Assembly: GCA_963805085.1 (NCBI GenBank)
Contig: CAWDTA010000004.1
Location: forward strand, 410,233 to 474,232
Direction of reading: 5' to 3'
DNA: 64,000 nucleotides
From: an uncultured Veillonellaceae bacterium
GTDB taxonomy: Bacteria; Bacillota; Negativicutes; JARBTT01
Part shown: in pieces, positions 32,101 through 41,180 of the stretch
Layout of the letters: every line of letters begins with the position of its first letter
Position numbering within the stretch: position 1 is the stretch's first letter
The notes under the pieces: generated by a model
The model's database searches: none
What the model saw: only the letters and a program-made list of their open reading frames with translations
What the model was told of the DNA's origin: nothing
Position numbers and translations under genes: made by a program

Positions 32101-32344
32101 GCAAAAAATCATAATGGACATTACGATATACGTGTGCCTCATTGAATAAATTGGTCAGTGCTTTGATATATTGAACACCAACTCGCTCACTTCTTGCAAA
32201 ATCGATATTCTTATTCAATTCCGATACCAGCATATAAATTAATACAGACGCCTGCAACACAATCAATAAACCAATAACACCAAATTTATAGACATATTTC
32301 AAACGATTCATTATTTGAACTGCTGGTTCAAACAAATATCTCAT
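29123..32344 (-). CDS. Membrane sensor-fused CheA-like histidine kinase (TM sensor-HAMP-HPt-HATPase-CheX-like)
   Basis: Two TMs, HAMP (DEMGAL), HPt FRTIHTFKG, HVFRNSIVHG, DDGRG, IFADGFS, GRGVGL. Confidence 0.85.
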   Translation of the reverse strand: MRYLFEPAVQIMNRLKYVYKFGVIGLLIVLQASVLIYMLVSELNKNIDFARSERVGVQYIKALTNLFNEAHVYRNVHYDFLHGNGVLQGEVLAQQAKVDDALAVVDAIDKQVASQMDTTWKLQMLRQDWLARKQAAMQSDTGHAQVAFDLDSRWLNEVTDFMQHVGYQSNLAMDSDFDTSYLVDSVLRKLPGLMYSLSTAQSLSIQLYDDNLPSDSRNQMLQVIGLVHSSLEQVEHNVQLVFRHNENIKAKLKTLHTTLADSVPIFAWNIEQKTVGQQGLPIPKQLLTTTGNQAIENVEALDKEELNVIDQLLVMRIDQYSKYRNIVVWFTGGILLLVCYLFVGFDMSVRKAVYQLANVMAGTGKGDLNLRGKIYSQDEMGALTHAINNTLDSLQEMYQEVQSSQEKLEIWNQELEQKVAERTASLRNLLDHAGQGFLSFGEDLIVSGEYSAECGTIFRREIVGTAVPALIYPEDRDQQVFLEAVFKKILCEEKEFLRETYFSLLPEEVVLGSSYVGVAYKLIENTNDRKQQKIMLILTDQTMRKAMEDRVQIERDILAMIVYVVTHSADFFATVSQYTSFCQEGMACLLNEKKTAGDLLASLFRTIHTFKGTFGQLHMGNVMAKLHDLEEKLATIRSNEIVRLDRQQLLEKLSDITPENMLSWLDEDLELLKDKLGDSFFQQENMLVIDNDRLLEIEEKVQRMLPYGESNLLLPELRRLRYQPIKNLLQSYPDYVVSLAERNEKSIHSFEIEGGETLVDPLKYNDFIKSLGHVFRNSIVHGVESFAERVENGKDESGKITCTVRENPLGITIVITDDGRGMNVSNIRDIAIKKRICTAKLVNGMQPEEIIKLIFADGFSGAKDVDTLAGRGVGLSAVRTELEKLNGSVRVNTILGEGTQFEFFLPFTQVEEQQPYSIRQLGNPLVRATEVLFKKNAGLQLNNCTYLEAAVGGKLKLRKVTTFLGIKGLGNSRMVLSADQAVVEHLAAEYFTGDSIEVTEASIDRRLENMLSHYAKKIFEDAVKELHGWSGAVTAETLVSILAEDASAKYPQLETPTWILDTDLGKITLSLVF

Positions 32345-32638
32345 AAACTGCCCCCTATCTTAAATTCAATACAACAGTTAAAATCTCTTAGACTACATAT
32401 TATATAGTCTAAAAGATTTATGTAAAAAGTAGGTGAACTTTTAGTTAAATTTTTGTTAAATTTTAAAAGGTTTAACAATTTCACAGTTTCAATCTTCTAT
32501 TGTATTTCATATTTCCACTTTAGCATTAAACAAAAAACTGACCTCCCCTCGCCATTTGCAGAGGTAAGATCAGTTCTCGTATCAAAAATATTTTAGAGAT
32601 ATACCATACTATTTGATTGCTATCTATTACATATTTTT

Positions 32639-33946
32639 TTAATCCAAGGTAGCATCTTTTGTTTCCGTCACAAAGAAGAACACATTAACTGCAGCCGCCA
32701 AATACATAAATGCCAATATAATAAGTGCACCATTCAATGTATACTTGGTTGCCAACAAGCCAATAATAACTGGCGCAAAACCGCCGACAGCACGACCAGA
32801 ATTAAAAATAAAATTTTGCGCGGTTGATCTAGCATCCGTGGTGTAATGCTCTGATAGCAATGCACCATAGCCAGCCATCATTCCATTACAGAAAAATCCC
32901 AAGATAGCACCGCCAATTAAAAGAAAAATAGGATCATTTAAATTTGCGTATAACCAGACAGCCGCAGCTGAGCAAATATAAAAAGTAATATAAGCTGGTT
33001 TTCTACCCACTCGGTCAGCAAATTGACCAAAAAGATAAATTCCTAACATCATACCAATTACCGTAACGATCATCCAAGTCGTTGTCTTATTCAATGTCAG
33101 ATTATGCTTTTGCATTAAAATAGTTGGAAGCCAAATCATAATTCCGTAATAACCAAAGTTTTGCACACTTGTCATTACAATGAGTGCAAACGTAGTGATC
33201 GATTTTCTTTTCCCAGAAAATAGCTGTATCAAGGGGAACTTATTTGCCTTGTTCCAAAATTCTTGTTCAACCTCAGAAAGGATTTCACCAGCCGCTAACT
33301 TTTTATAGATGGTTTCTTTCATTGCCTTGCGATTCACCCATAGATCAGGCTCGGGAATTCCGCGCCTTGACCAAGCCGCGAATAATGCCGGTAAGACACC
33401 GATGACAAAAAGTCCTCTCCAGCCAAAGTGTGGTACTACTAAAGCTGCAATTACAGCTGCTAGCACTACACCTAACTGCCAACCAATCGCGACTCCCGCA
33501 CTTGCGCGTGCTCTTTTCGCAGCTGGCCATGTTTCAGTTACCAGAGTCATCCCAATACCAAATTCCCCCCCTAGGCCTAAACCGGACAGAAAACGGTATA
33601 CATTCAATTCCGTAAGAGAAGTAGCGATTGCACATAATCCTGTGAAAATGGAAAAAAGAATAATTGTCCCAGCAAATACTTTTACACGACCTATGTAGTC
33701 CGACATAATACCAAAAATATATCCACCAATAACCGCCCCAATCAAAGTATACGTCGCGACTAATCCCGCTTCAGCAAAACTCATTCCAAATTCCTTGATA
33801 ATCTCCGTCATAACAAAAGACAGGATTAACATATCCAAACCATCCATGGCATAGCCTGCTATGGATGCATACATGACTTTCCATCGACGTTTCCATGTAG
33901 CTTCATCATCACCTGAAAATAAATCTTGTCTAGTTTCTAAATTCAT
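32639..33946 (-). CDS. MFS transporter (aromatic acid/niacin-type)
   Basis: GYAMDGLD, SDYIGR, GLGLGGE, ETWP, PEP, ADRVGRK. Confidence 0.85.
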   Translation of the reverse strand: MNLETRQDLFSGDDEATWKRRWKVMYASIAGYAMDGLDMLILSFVMTEIIKEFGMSFAEAGLVATYTLIGAVIGGYIFGIMSDYIGRVKVFAGTIILFSIFTGLCAIATSLTELNVYRFLSGLGLGGEFGIGMTLVTETWPAAKRARASAGVAIGWQLGVVLAAVIAALVVPHFGWRGLFVIGVLPALFAAWSRRGIPEPDLWVNRKAMKETIYKKLAAGEILSEVEQEFWNKANKFPLIQLFSGKRKSITTFALIVMTSVQNFGYYGIMIWLPTILMQKHNLTLNKTTTWMIVTVIGMMLGIYLFGQFADRVGRKPAYITFYICSAAAVWLYANLNDPIFLLIGGAILGFFCNGMMAGYGALLSEHYTTDARSTAQNFIFNSGRAVGGFAPVIIGLLATKYTLNGALIILAFMYLAAAVNVFFFVTETKDATLD

Positions 33947-34013
33947 AGTATTCTCCTTCGTCTTATCGTTTTAATTTTATTTCGACCAGCGATACAAATC
34001 ATAGTATCTTTTT

Positions 34014-34065
34014 AAGGCAAAAAAAAACACTCTACAGTTTAAATTTCTGTCAAAGCGCCTTTGCC
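34014..34065 (-). promoter_or_regulatory. Leader terminator with ANTAR-like hairpin upstream of the MFS gene
   Basis: Minus strand: TATAAT then GGCAAAGGCGCTTTGACAG-AAATTTAAA-CTGTAGAGTG followed by a T run. Confidence 0.45.
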
Positions 34066-34154
34066 CGATATATTATACTATAATTTTATATATTTTGATA
34101 TCATTTTAAACACATCAAGAAAAAAACCTGCGAAAGATCGCAGGTTCTCATTTT

Positions 34155-35441
34155 TTATATTACGGGTTCATGTACTGTATCTGGTTCCTCAGAATTATAC
34201 ATAACTTTTTCTAGTTTATCCATATCAAGCTCATTCTCCCATTTCGCCATAACAATCGTTGCAACGCCATTACCGATAAGATTGGTAAGTGCTCTACCTT
34301 GCGTCATAAAACGGTCAACACCAAAGATGAGCGCAAGTGCTCCCACTGGAATCATTGGCATCGTAGATAATGTCGCTGCCAAAATAATAAATCCACTTCC
34401 AGTAACACCTGATGCACCTTTTGATGTTAAAAGCAATACTGCTACAATTGTAAGTTGTTGAATAAGCGTAAGATCAGTGTTGGTTGCCTGTGCCAAAAAG
34501 ATTGCTGCCATAGTCAAATAAATCGATGTACCATCAAGATTAAACGAATATCCAGTTGGAATCACTAAACCTACAATCGACTTAGAGCAACCCGCTTTTT
34601 CAAGTTTTTCCATCATCCGCGGCAAAACGCTTTCTGAAGATGCAGTACCAAATACAACTAGTAATTCTTCTTTAAAATAGGAAATATACTTTGCAAAACT
34701 AACACCTGCCCATTTGGTAATTGGCCAAATAACCAAGACGATAAAGATAAAACAAGCAAAGTAAAAAGTACCTAACAATTTTAATAATGGCCCAAGTGAG
34801 CCTATGCCATATTTACCAATCGTAAATGCCATTGCCCCAAAAGTACCAATCGGCGCTAATTTCATAATAATATCAACAATTGCAAATAAGACATGTGATA
34901 CATCACCGATTACATTTAGGAGCATTTGCCCTTTAGCGCCCAATTTAGATAATGCCCAACCAAACATCACAGAAAATAGTAAAATCTGCAATATTTCACC
35001 TTTAGCAAACCCATCAACAACAGTATTCGGTATAATATTCATAAAAAAATCTGCCCCATGATGCGTCTGTGCACCATTCGTATACATTGCTACTGATGCT
35101 GGATCAAGGGTACTAACATCTATATTCATCCCAGCACCAGGCTGCAACCAATTCACTAATATAATCCCAAACAAGAATGCAAATGACGTAACGACTTCAA
35201 AATAAAGCAACGCCTTGCCACCGACTCTCCCAACTTTCTTCATGTCCCCCATACCTGCGATACCACAAACGATTGTACAAAAAATGATTGGTCCAATGAT
35301 CATTTTGATTAATTTGATAAACGCATCACCAAAAGGTTTCATGCTTTCTCCAAAGGCTGGAAACCAATAACCAACTAAGATACCGATAATAATAGAAGCA
35401 AAAACTTGGAAATGTAACGATTTAAAAAAACTTTTTTTCAT
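34155..35441 (-). CDS. dctA: C4-dicarboxylate:cation symporter DctA
   Basis: [48 protein letters not shown]. Confidence 0.92.
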   Translation of the reverse strand: MKKSFFKSLHFQVFASIIIGILVGYWFPAFGESMKPFGDAFIKLIKMIIGPIIFCTIVCGIAGMGDMKKVGRVGGKALLYFEVVTSFAFLFGIILVNWLQPGAGMNIDVSTLDPASVAMYTNGAQTHHGADFFMNIIPNTVVDGFAKGEILQILLFSVMFGWALSKLGAKGQMLLNVIGDVSHVLFAIVDIIMKLAPIGTFGAMAFTIGKYGIGSLGPLLKLLGTFYFACFIFIVLVIWPITKWAGVSFAKYISYFKEELLVVFGTASSESVLPRMMEKLEKAGCSKSIVGLVIPTGYSFNLDGTSIYLTMAAIFLAQATNTDLTLIQQLTIVAVLLLTSKGASGVTGSGFIILAATLSTMPMIPVGALALIFGVDRFMTQGRALTNLIGNGVATIVMAKWENELDMDKLEKVMYNSEEPDTVHEPVI

Positions 35442-35716
35442 AATATTTACACCTGCTTTACATTTGTATTCCATAATTCTATTAATTGAGTTCATATTTC
35501 CGCAACACTGATTCTATTTTAACATGATTATCATTACTTTTAAACATAATCTTTTTAAAATACTGTATACATGAAAAATTCACCTTATTTTTTCATGTAA
35601 AAATGGCCTCAAACCAGCATTATGCAAGGTAGAGACCATTTTTTACCGTTATAGATAAATCAATATCCGTTTTTTTATGAAACTTTTCTAAATTACTTCA
35701 TTGTATAAAGTTGGAT

Positions 35717-36661
35717 TTAGTTTAAAAACCTCGCTGGATCAAACGCAGTACCATTTACTCTAATTTCATAATGAACATGTGGACCAGTGCTATAACCCGT
35801 AGAACCGCTATAGGCAACGAGCTGGCCTTTTTTCACTTCTTGACCGTTAGCAACTACAATTTTAGAGTTATGGCCATAGAGTGTATGGATACCATTTCCA
35901 TGATCAATTTCTACTAACTTGCCATAGCCACCATCATCCCATTGACTTTGAACCACAATACCATCAGCAGTTGCCACAACTGGAGTCCCCATTGCAGCGG
36001 CAATATCAATTCCTAGATGAAACTCTCCATAGCCATCCATACCTCGTCGCCCAAAAGGTGAAGTAACCTGACCATTCGCTGGCCAGATAGATGGCGTTGC
36101 AGCAACTCTTGCCTGTTTAGCCAATAATTCTTCTTTTAAACTATTTAGACTTGCCTCTCGTACTCTCATGGCAGATTGCAATTGACTAACACGCTTGCTA
36201 ATATCATCAATCTCAAGCTGTTCCTGTTCGCTAGCTTGGCTATAAAAAGCAATACTAGGACGCACTAAACCAGCCCGCGATGTGGATGTCGGACTATCAT
36301 TATTAACAATGGTACGAATTTCCGCATCCAAGGCATTTAACCGATCCATATCGCTCTGCAACTGAATTGTCACCTTTGATAGCTCATCAATCTTTGCCAG
36401 TTGACTCTGATTATTACTGCGCAAAGACTCTAATTCTGCCTTTTCTTGATTGGCAGTACTGACCACTTGTTGATAATGAATAAAGGCACCTATAATAAAT
36501 ATCATCAGTAAACATACTCCACCAGCGATATATTTAATCATAACTTTCGGTATAGAAATACGATCAAATTGCTGATTATTTTGGGGTACAACTGCCTTAG
36601 AAGCCAATAAATTGAGTTTTTCATTTGTTTTATTATTTATTTTCTTTCTTATTCTCGTCAA
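35717..36661 (-). CDS. Membrane-anchored M23 family peptidoglycan endopeptidase with coiled coil
   Basis: TM, coiled coil, HLGIDI, YGHN, STGPHVHYE; TTG start at 36661 behind AAGGAG. Confidence 0.9.
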   Translation of the reverse strand: MTRIRKKINNKTNEKLNLLASKAVVPQNNQQFDRISIPKVMIKYIAGGVCLLMIFIIGAFIHYQQVVSTANQEKAELESLRSNNQSQLAKIDELSKVTIQLQSDMDRLNALDAEIRTIVNNDSPTSTSRAGLVRPSIAFYSQASEQEQLEIDDISKRVSQLQSAMRVREASLNSLKEELLAKQARVAATPSIWPANGQVTSPFGRRGMDGYGEFHLGIDIAAAMGTPVVATADGIVVQSQWDDGGYGKLVEIDHGNGIHTLYGHNSKIVVANGQEVKKGQLVAYSGSTGYSTGPHVHYEIRVNGTAFDPARFLN

Positions 36662-36761
36662 AATAAAACTCCTTCGAACCATTTCATTGTTCCGTTAGAA
36701 CTGATGAAATCTTTTACTTTTTTCTTATAGCTGCTCGTACTATCTATTTTCTAGACGAAAT

Positions 36762-36812
36762 AAAAATGCCAAGTTGCCCAGTAAAATGAAACTTTACTGA
36801 TGCAACCTGGCA
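36762..36812 (-). terminator. Riboswitch expression-platform terminator
   Basis: TGCCAGGTTGC-ATCAGTAAAG..TTTTACTGG-GCAACTTGGCA-TTTTT on minus strand. Confidence 0.8.
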
Positions 36813-36880
36813 ATCATTGATAAAACTATCTTTAGACCCATGGCTTTGCGTCCTCATCTTTAGATAAGTTTGCCAAAATA
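36800..36880 (-). ncRNA. c-di-GMP-I (GEMM-I) riboswitch
   Basis: GGCAAAC-TTATC-TAAA-GATGA-GGACGCAAAGC-CATGGGTCTAA...ATGATTGCCAGGTTGC matches GEMM-I layout. Confidence 0.9.
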
Positions 36881-37216
36881 TTCAATTATTAATAATAAAT
36901 TTATTTTACTATACTTTGCTAGCGCTTGCAATAATTAGACAAAAAATAGCATAATTTTTCTAAAATCATGCTGCCCGTTAAGCCACTTATTTGTATTTGC
37001 TAAGAAAATATACAATTTTTTATCAAAATAAATAGAGCATGTACACTTCAAATTATTCTTGAAGTTTATACATGCTCTATTTATCAGTTGACTGGTGCTA
37101 TACTTGCTAATTCAACATACACTTAGACAGTGAGCTACTAGAAGATCTAATACCAACAACAGCTCGCTATCATCCGTAAGTTCATCGCTCCAGTATATGC
37201 CTGTTTGCTAGACGAA

Positions 37217-39349
37217 TTATATTCCAAGTTCCTTACGTTTCTTTTCTATATGGTCTACATAAATTTGAACAGTTTTATCAGCACTAGTTTCTACCGTTAA
37301 TTTACCCAACCCTAAAGTTTCCGTTGTTTCCGTTAATGTTTTTACTACTAAGTTACTACCTGTTACCGAAGGAACAGGTGCAACATGCACTAACCAGCCA
37401 AGAGCAATCGCCGTACAAGCATCCGCCACCGCCTTTTGTTCCAAATATTCCGGCGCACCAATGACAATAGGCAACATATTGGTATCTACATCTAATGCCT
37501 CAGCAATCTCTTTTGCTGTCTGAGTCATTTTCCCGATATCTACACATGCTCCGTAAGAGAGTACTGGAGGAATGCCTAATGACTTGCAAACTTCCTGCAA
37601 TCCAGCTCCAGCTTCATCAGCCGCTCTAGGATCAGCTAACCCAGTATATTGCATCACAGAAGAAGTGCAACCTCCCGACAAGACTAAAATATCCTTTTCA
37701 ATCAAGCCTTTTGTAATCCTAAATATATTGCTGCCGCCCTGTCCGTAACGAGCTGTTGTACATCCAACGATGGTTGCAATACCACGAATTTTCCCCGCCA
37801 CAATCGCATCAATCAGTGGTTTCCATGAACCGCCGAGTGCTGCTTTCACTGATTCTGTACTAAAACCAATCATACAGTCAGAAACATGTGGTGGAATGTA
37901 GACTTCCCGATTCTCAGCTTTACGTTTAGAATAAGCTTCGATTGCCATGTTTAAAATTTTTTCCGCTTGTGTACGCATCTCTTCCGGCTTAAATTCTACC
38001 ACCTGTGTATCTGGCATCCGAATCACTTCATGAGTACTTACCATCGTCGTACCAAACCGTTTTGCATACAGTGGTAACGTTGGAATCGTACAGTTATAAT
38101 CAAACATAAATAAATCAACCGCCCCAGTTGCTAGCAAATATTCTTCGGATAACCACTCGCCTTCTTGACCCCCGTAGGCACTCATTCGCCCAGTATTATC
38201 ATAGTTGAGCAGCTGCTGACCTTCACAAACATGACCAAGTATTTGAAGGCCAGTTGCCCCTGCTTTTTTTGCTTTATCCTGCCATTCTGGAGTGGAAGCC
38301 AATTCAATGACAATATGTGCGGTAAGCGGCATATGACCATTGGTGATGATATTTACCATATCTTTTTTGAGCAGCCCCATATTTTGCTTTGCAGTTCTGA
38401 TCTGCTGGGTGCCAATTAGTATTTCTTGCAATATGCAAAGCGCAAATAAACCTTGGTATTCGTTAGCAATGCCTAGACGTACCGAAGTGAGTAGAAAATC
38501 AACTGGATCTGCGTTAAGGTTGGTCATACATTTAGTTTGCGCTAATGCAACTTCACTAAAACCACCGCCGGGAAATAAATTTAGCTTGCGCCATAATTCT
38601 TGCCGTCTTGGCGGAGCAAACGCTTTTACCATGGATGATTCTTCCCAATATGGTCTACCCATATCATTAAGTACCCAGTTAGCAAAACTAACTGCAACTT
38701 TGTTGACCTCTTCACGATGATTTAAACCAGCCAATTCAGCATATTTTAGCAACTTTTCTTTATCACGAATCTTTAGCCCACTATCTGGCTTTTCTGCGGC
38801 TGCCTTTAAGGTACGGGCAGCTTGCTGTGCATGAAAAATATTGGCTGACGTCCCGATCGTTACATGACGATAAACAAAGTTTCTCGCTACCATCACATCG
38901 GCATCAACACCGCAGTTTCCCCGTGGTGTCTTTGCATTAATACGACAAGGTCCGTTGGCGCACAATTGACAAGATAAACCTGATGAACAAAAATTACAAC
39001 GAATTTTTTCTTGTTGTTCAAAGCGATCAAAAACATTGGTGAGTCCTTGTTCATGAACATGCTGATACATCTCACGCATAGCTGGATCTATAATAACATT
39101 AAGAGGATAGCCATCTTTACTTTGATCATGGGTCTGAATATGTTGGCGCTGCCATTTATGTACCCCTTCCATAGAAGCAGGCGACTTTTCGATATCATAG
39201 TATTTTTTTGAATTCTCATGAACATCAAAATGGCGATTAGGATCATTCGTACCACTCGCATCCCCTTTTCCCGCAATGGACTCTACATCACCACAACTCG
39301 TTTCATCTGTACTTTTGATCAACGTTTCTTGCTCATTTGACACTAACAT
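37217..39349 (-). CDS. cooS: Anaerobic CO dehydrogenase catalytic subunit-like protein (atypical CooS)
   Basis: CNFC..LSCQLCANGPC..CG, NGH, DYNC, VGC, GGC, GACVD, EQKA motifs. Confidence 0.9.
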   Translation of the reverse strand: MLVSNEQETLIKSTDETSCGDVESIAGKGDASGTNDPNRHFDVHENSKKYYDIEKSPASMEGVHKWQRQHIQTHDQSKDGYPLNVIIDPAMREMYQHVHEQGLTNVFDRFEQQEKIRCNFCSSGLSCQLCANGPCRINAKTPRGNCGVDADVMVARNFVYRHVTIGTSANIFHAQQAARTLKAAAEKPDSGLKIRDKEKLLKYAELAGLNHREEVNKVAVSFANWVLNDMGRPYWEESSMVKAFAPPRRQELWRKLNLFPGGGFSEVALAQTKCMTNLNADPVDFLLTSVRLGIANEYQGLFALCILQEILIGTQQIRTAKQNMGLLKKDMVNIITNGHMPLTAHIVIELASTPEWQDKAKKAGATGLQILGHVCEGQQLLNYDNTGRMSAYGGQEGEWLSEEYLLATGAVDLFMFDYNCTIPTLPLYAKRFGTTMVSTHEVIRMPDTQVVEFKPEEMRTQAEKILNMAIEAYSKRKAENREVYIPPHVSDCMIGFSTESVKAALGGSWKPLIDAIVAGKIRGIATIVGCTTARYGQGGSNIFRITKGLIEKDILVLSGGCTSSVMQYTGLADPRAADEAGAGLQEVCKSLGIPPVLSYGACVDIGKMTQTAKEIAEALDVDTNMLPIVIGAPEYLEQKAVADACTAIALGWLVHVAPVPSVTGSNLVVKTLTETTETLGLGKLTVETSADKTVQIYVDHIEKKRKELGI

Positions 39350-39650
39350 TCCCCCTCTTTTTTTGTTAGTATGAGCAGTTGAGATGATATTATGTATTTG
39401 AATTTCCATTAATAGTTTTTTATCAAAATAAAAGAATTAACTGCATGGATCAAGGAGCCAGCTTCCATGAAATTGGTCCCTTTCAATTCCCCCCCTAATT
39501 TGCTCGGATTATTCCCCCAAGATTTAATAAAACTAAATTTGATATTCACAAGAATTTGGCAATAAAAATATAGTCTTCTATAAACAAGAAGGCTATATTT
39601 TATATATATTAAATTCGTGAACGAGATTATGATCTAAAATATTAATGATT

Positions 39651-39908
39651 CTAGTATCCCATGCCGCCGCCATAGCCCATATGACCCATACCCATATGAC
39701 CCATATGGTGTCCATAGCCACCGCAGCGAGGGCACATAGGATGAACATGTGCTTGATACTCAAAACCGCAGGCCGAACAAATCTTTACTACTTCACGGCA
39801 GCGCACCTCATAAACTTTGAATTTTTCAACAAATTCTCCTACACATTTACGTTGGCATTTTGGTTTACAACCATCATGCATAGTCATTTGCTCTTTCCCA
39901 TACTCCAC
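39651..39908 (-). CDS. Small Cys-rich protein with Gly/His/Met-rich tail
   Basis: AGGAGG RBS before GTG; CSACG..CPRCG; GHHMGHMGMGHMGYGGG; AC-16-CATATGATA SigK-like promoter upstream. Confidence 0.7.
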   Translation of the reverse strand: MEYGKEQMTMHDGCKPKCQRKCVGEFVEKFKVYEVRCREVVKICSACGFEYQAHVHPMCPRCGGYGHHMGHMGMGHMGYGGGMGY

Positions 39909-40211
39909 AGAAACAACCTCCTTTGTTTTACTTCAATATATCATATGTATGCTGTTTTAAAAGGTTACATAAAAGTAAATATTTTGTTAACCTACCGTCA
40001 ATAAGATATTTACTTCTAAAAGATACTCAACGCTTTATTACAAATACCATTGTTACTAGCAGGTCTGCCCTCCGCAACTTATTTACCTCATATACAGAAC
40101 AAAAAGGACTTGCTTTAAACAAATCCTTTCTAAATTAACACTCATCATTACAGCACTCTCACCATTATAGAGGTGGAAACAGATCCTAAACTTAATAACC
40201 TAAGTTCTCGT

Positions 40212-40415
40212 TTAGTCCCAGTCATCAAAATCATCTAAGTCACCGGATTCACCGAATCCGAATGGGATGAAGCCGAATCCAAACGGACTCAAACCAAAGC
40301 CATGCTCCAAAAATCCACCATGTCCAAATCCACCATGCTCGAATCCACCATGTCCAAATCCACCATGTCCAAATCCACCATGGAAAGGACGCCATTCGCC
40401 ATAATCATCATTCAT
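40212..40415 (-). CDS. Small Gly/Phe/His-rich repeat protein
   Basis: GGAGG RBS; five HGGF(G/E/L) repeats; acidic C-terminus; AC-17-CATAATATA SigK-like promoter. Confidence 0.7.
   Translation of the reverse strand: MNDDYGEWRPFHGGFGHGGFGHGGFEHGGFGHGGFLEHGFGLSPFGFGFIPFGFGESGDLDDFDDWD
40311..40383. repeat. 15-bp tandem repeat (about 5 copies), coding
   Basis: AAATCCACCATGTCC units without spacers. Confidence 0.95.
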
Positions 40416-40583
40416 GTTCTTACCTCCAGTAATTGTATTTGCTATATATTATGTATACCTAATACCAAAAGTGCTAGTTACAAAATTTTTAAATGGTCTA
40501 CAGTTACATCCTTCATCTATTCTTCTTTATGACATATCAATACAACACTTTTAGCACTATCGATTATTCCAAACCATAAGAAG

Positions 40584-40626
40584 AAAAAAGGCTTAGTCAT
40601 ACTTTAAATATGACTAAGCCTTTTTT
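40584..40626 (-). terminator. Intrinsic terminator after cheW
   Basis: AAAAAAGGCTTAGTCATA..TATGACTAAGCCTTTTTT. Confidence 0.85.
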
Positions 40627-40722
40627 CAACATTCATTTTTTAATTACTTCTCAATCTATTTACTTGACATAAGAAGTTCATAATCAATAGAATAATCATT
40701 TTTACAATTGTCTCAACCTTTA

Positions 40723-41148
40723 CTACTCAATAAATAGTCGTTCTGGATCTAATATAATAATCATCCGTTCATCGATTTTACCAATACCAGTAATACAATC
40801 CGTACTACCACCATTAACAAAGTTGGGGGCTGACTGAACATCATCGTCATTTAGCTTAACAATATCTGTTACTTCATCTACAATACACCCCGTCGTCGAT
40901 CCATTGACATTTAACATAATAAATTTACTTTCTTCAGAAAGTTCTTTTTCCACCAAGTTAAATTTATTTCGCAGATTGAAGATATAATTAACGTTTCCTC
41001 TTAAATTAATCATGCCTTCTACTGCCTGGTTAGTCCCAGGCAATGGCTGTATTTTAAACTTTTTCGAACGCAAAATACCGTTAACTGCTGAAACATCAAT
41101 ACCATATTCTTCATCATCTAATGCAAACACCACCAATTGGATGCTCAT
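40723..41148 (-). CDS. cheW: Chemotaxis coupling protein CheW
   Basis: QLVVF..EEYGIDV, GMINLRG, GCIVDEV. Confidence 0.92.
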   Translation of the reverse strand: MSIQLVVFALDDEEYGIDVSAVNGILRSKKFKIQPLPGTNQAVEGMINLRGNVNYIFNLRNKFNLVEKELSEESKFIMLNVNGSTTGCIVDEVTDIVKLNDDDVQSAPNFVNGGSTDCITGIGKIDERMIIILDPERLFIE

Positions 41149-41180
41149 AATGATTGCCTCCTTTCTCTGAAAAATTTTAC

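Noticed and set aside
40311-40383. CRISPR-like array
   Set aside because: 15-bp units are contiguous with no spacers, keep frame and encode HGGFG; no cas genes
39645-40532. Plus-strand ORFs with THM and STMSK repeats
   Set aside because: Antisense readings of the two minus-strand small genes, which have the RBS and promoter signals
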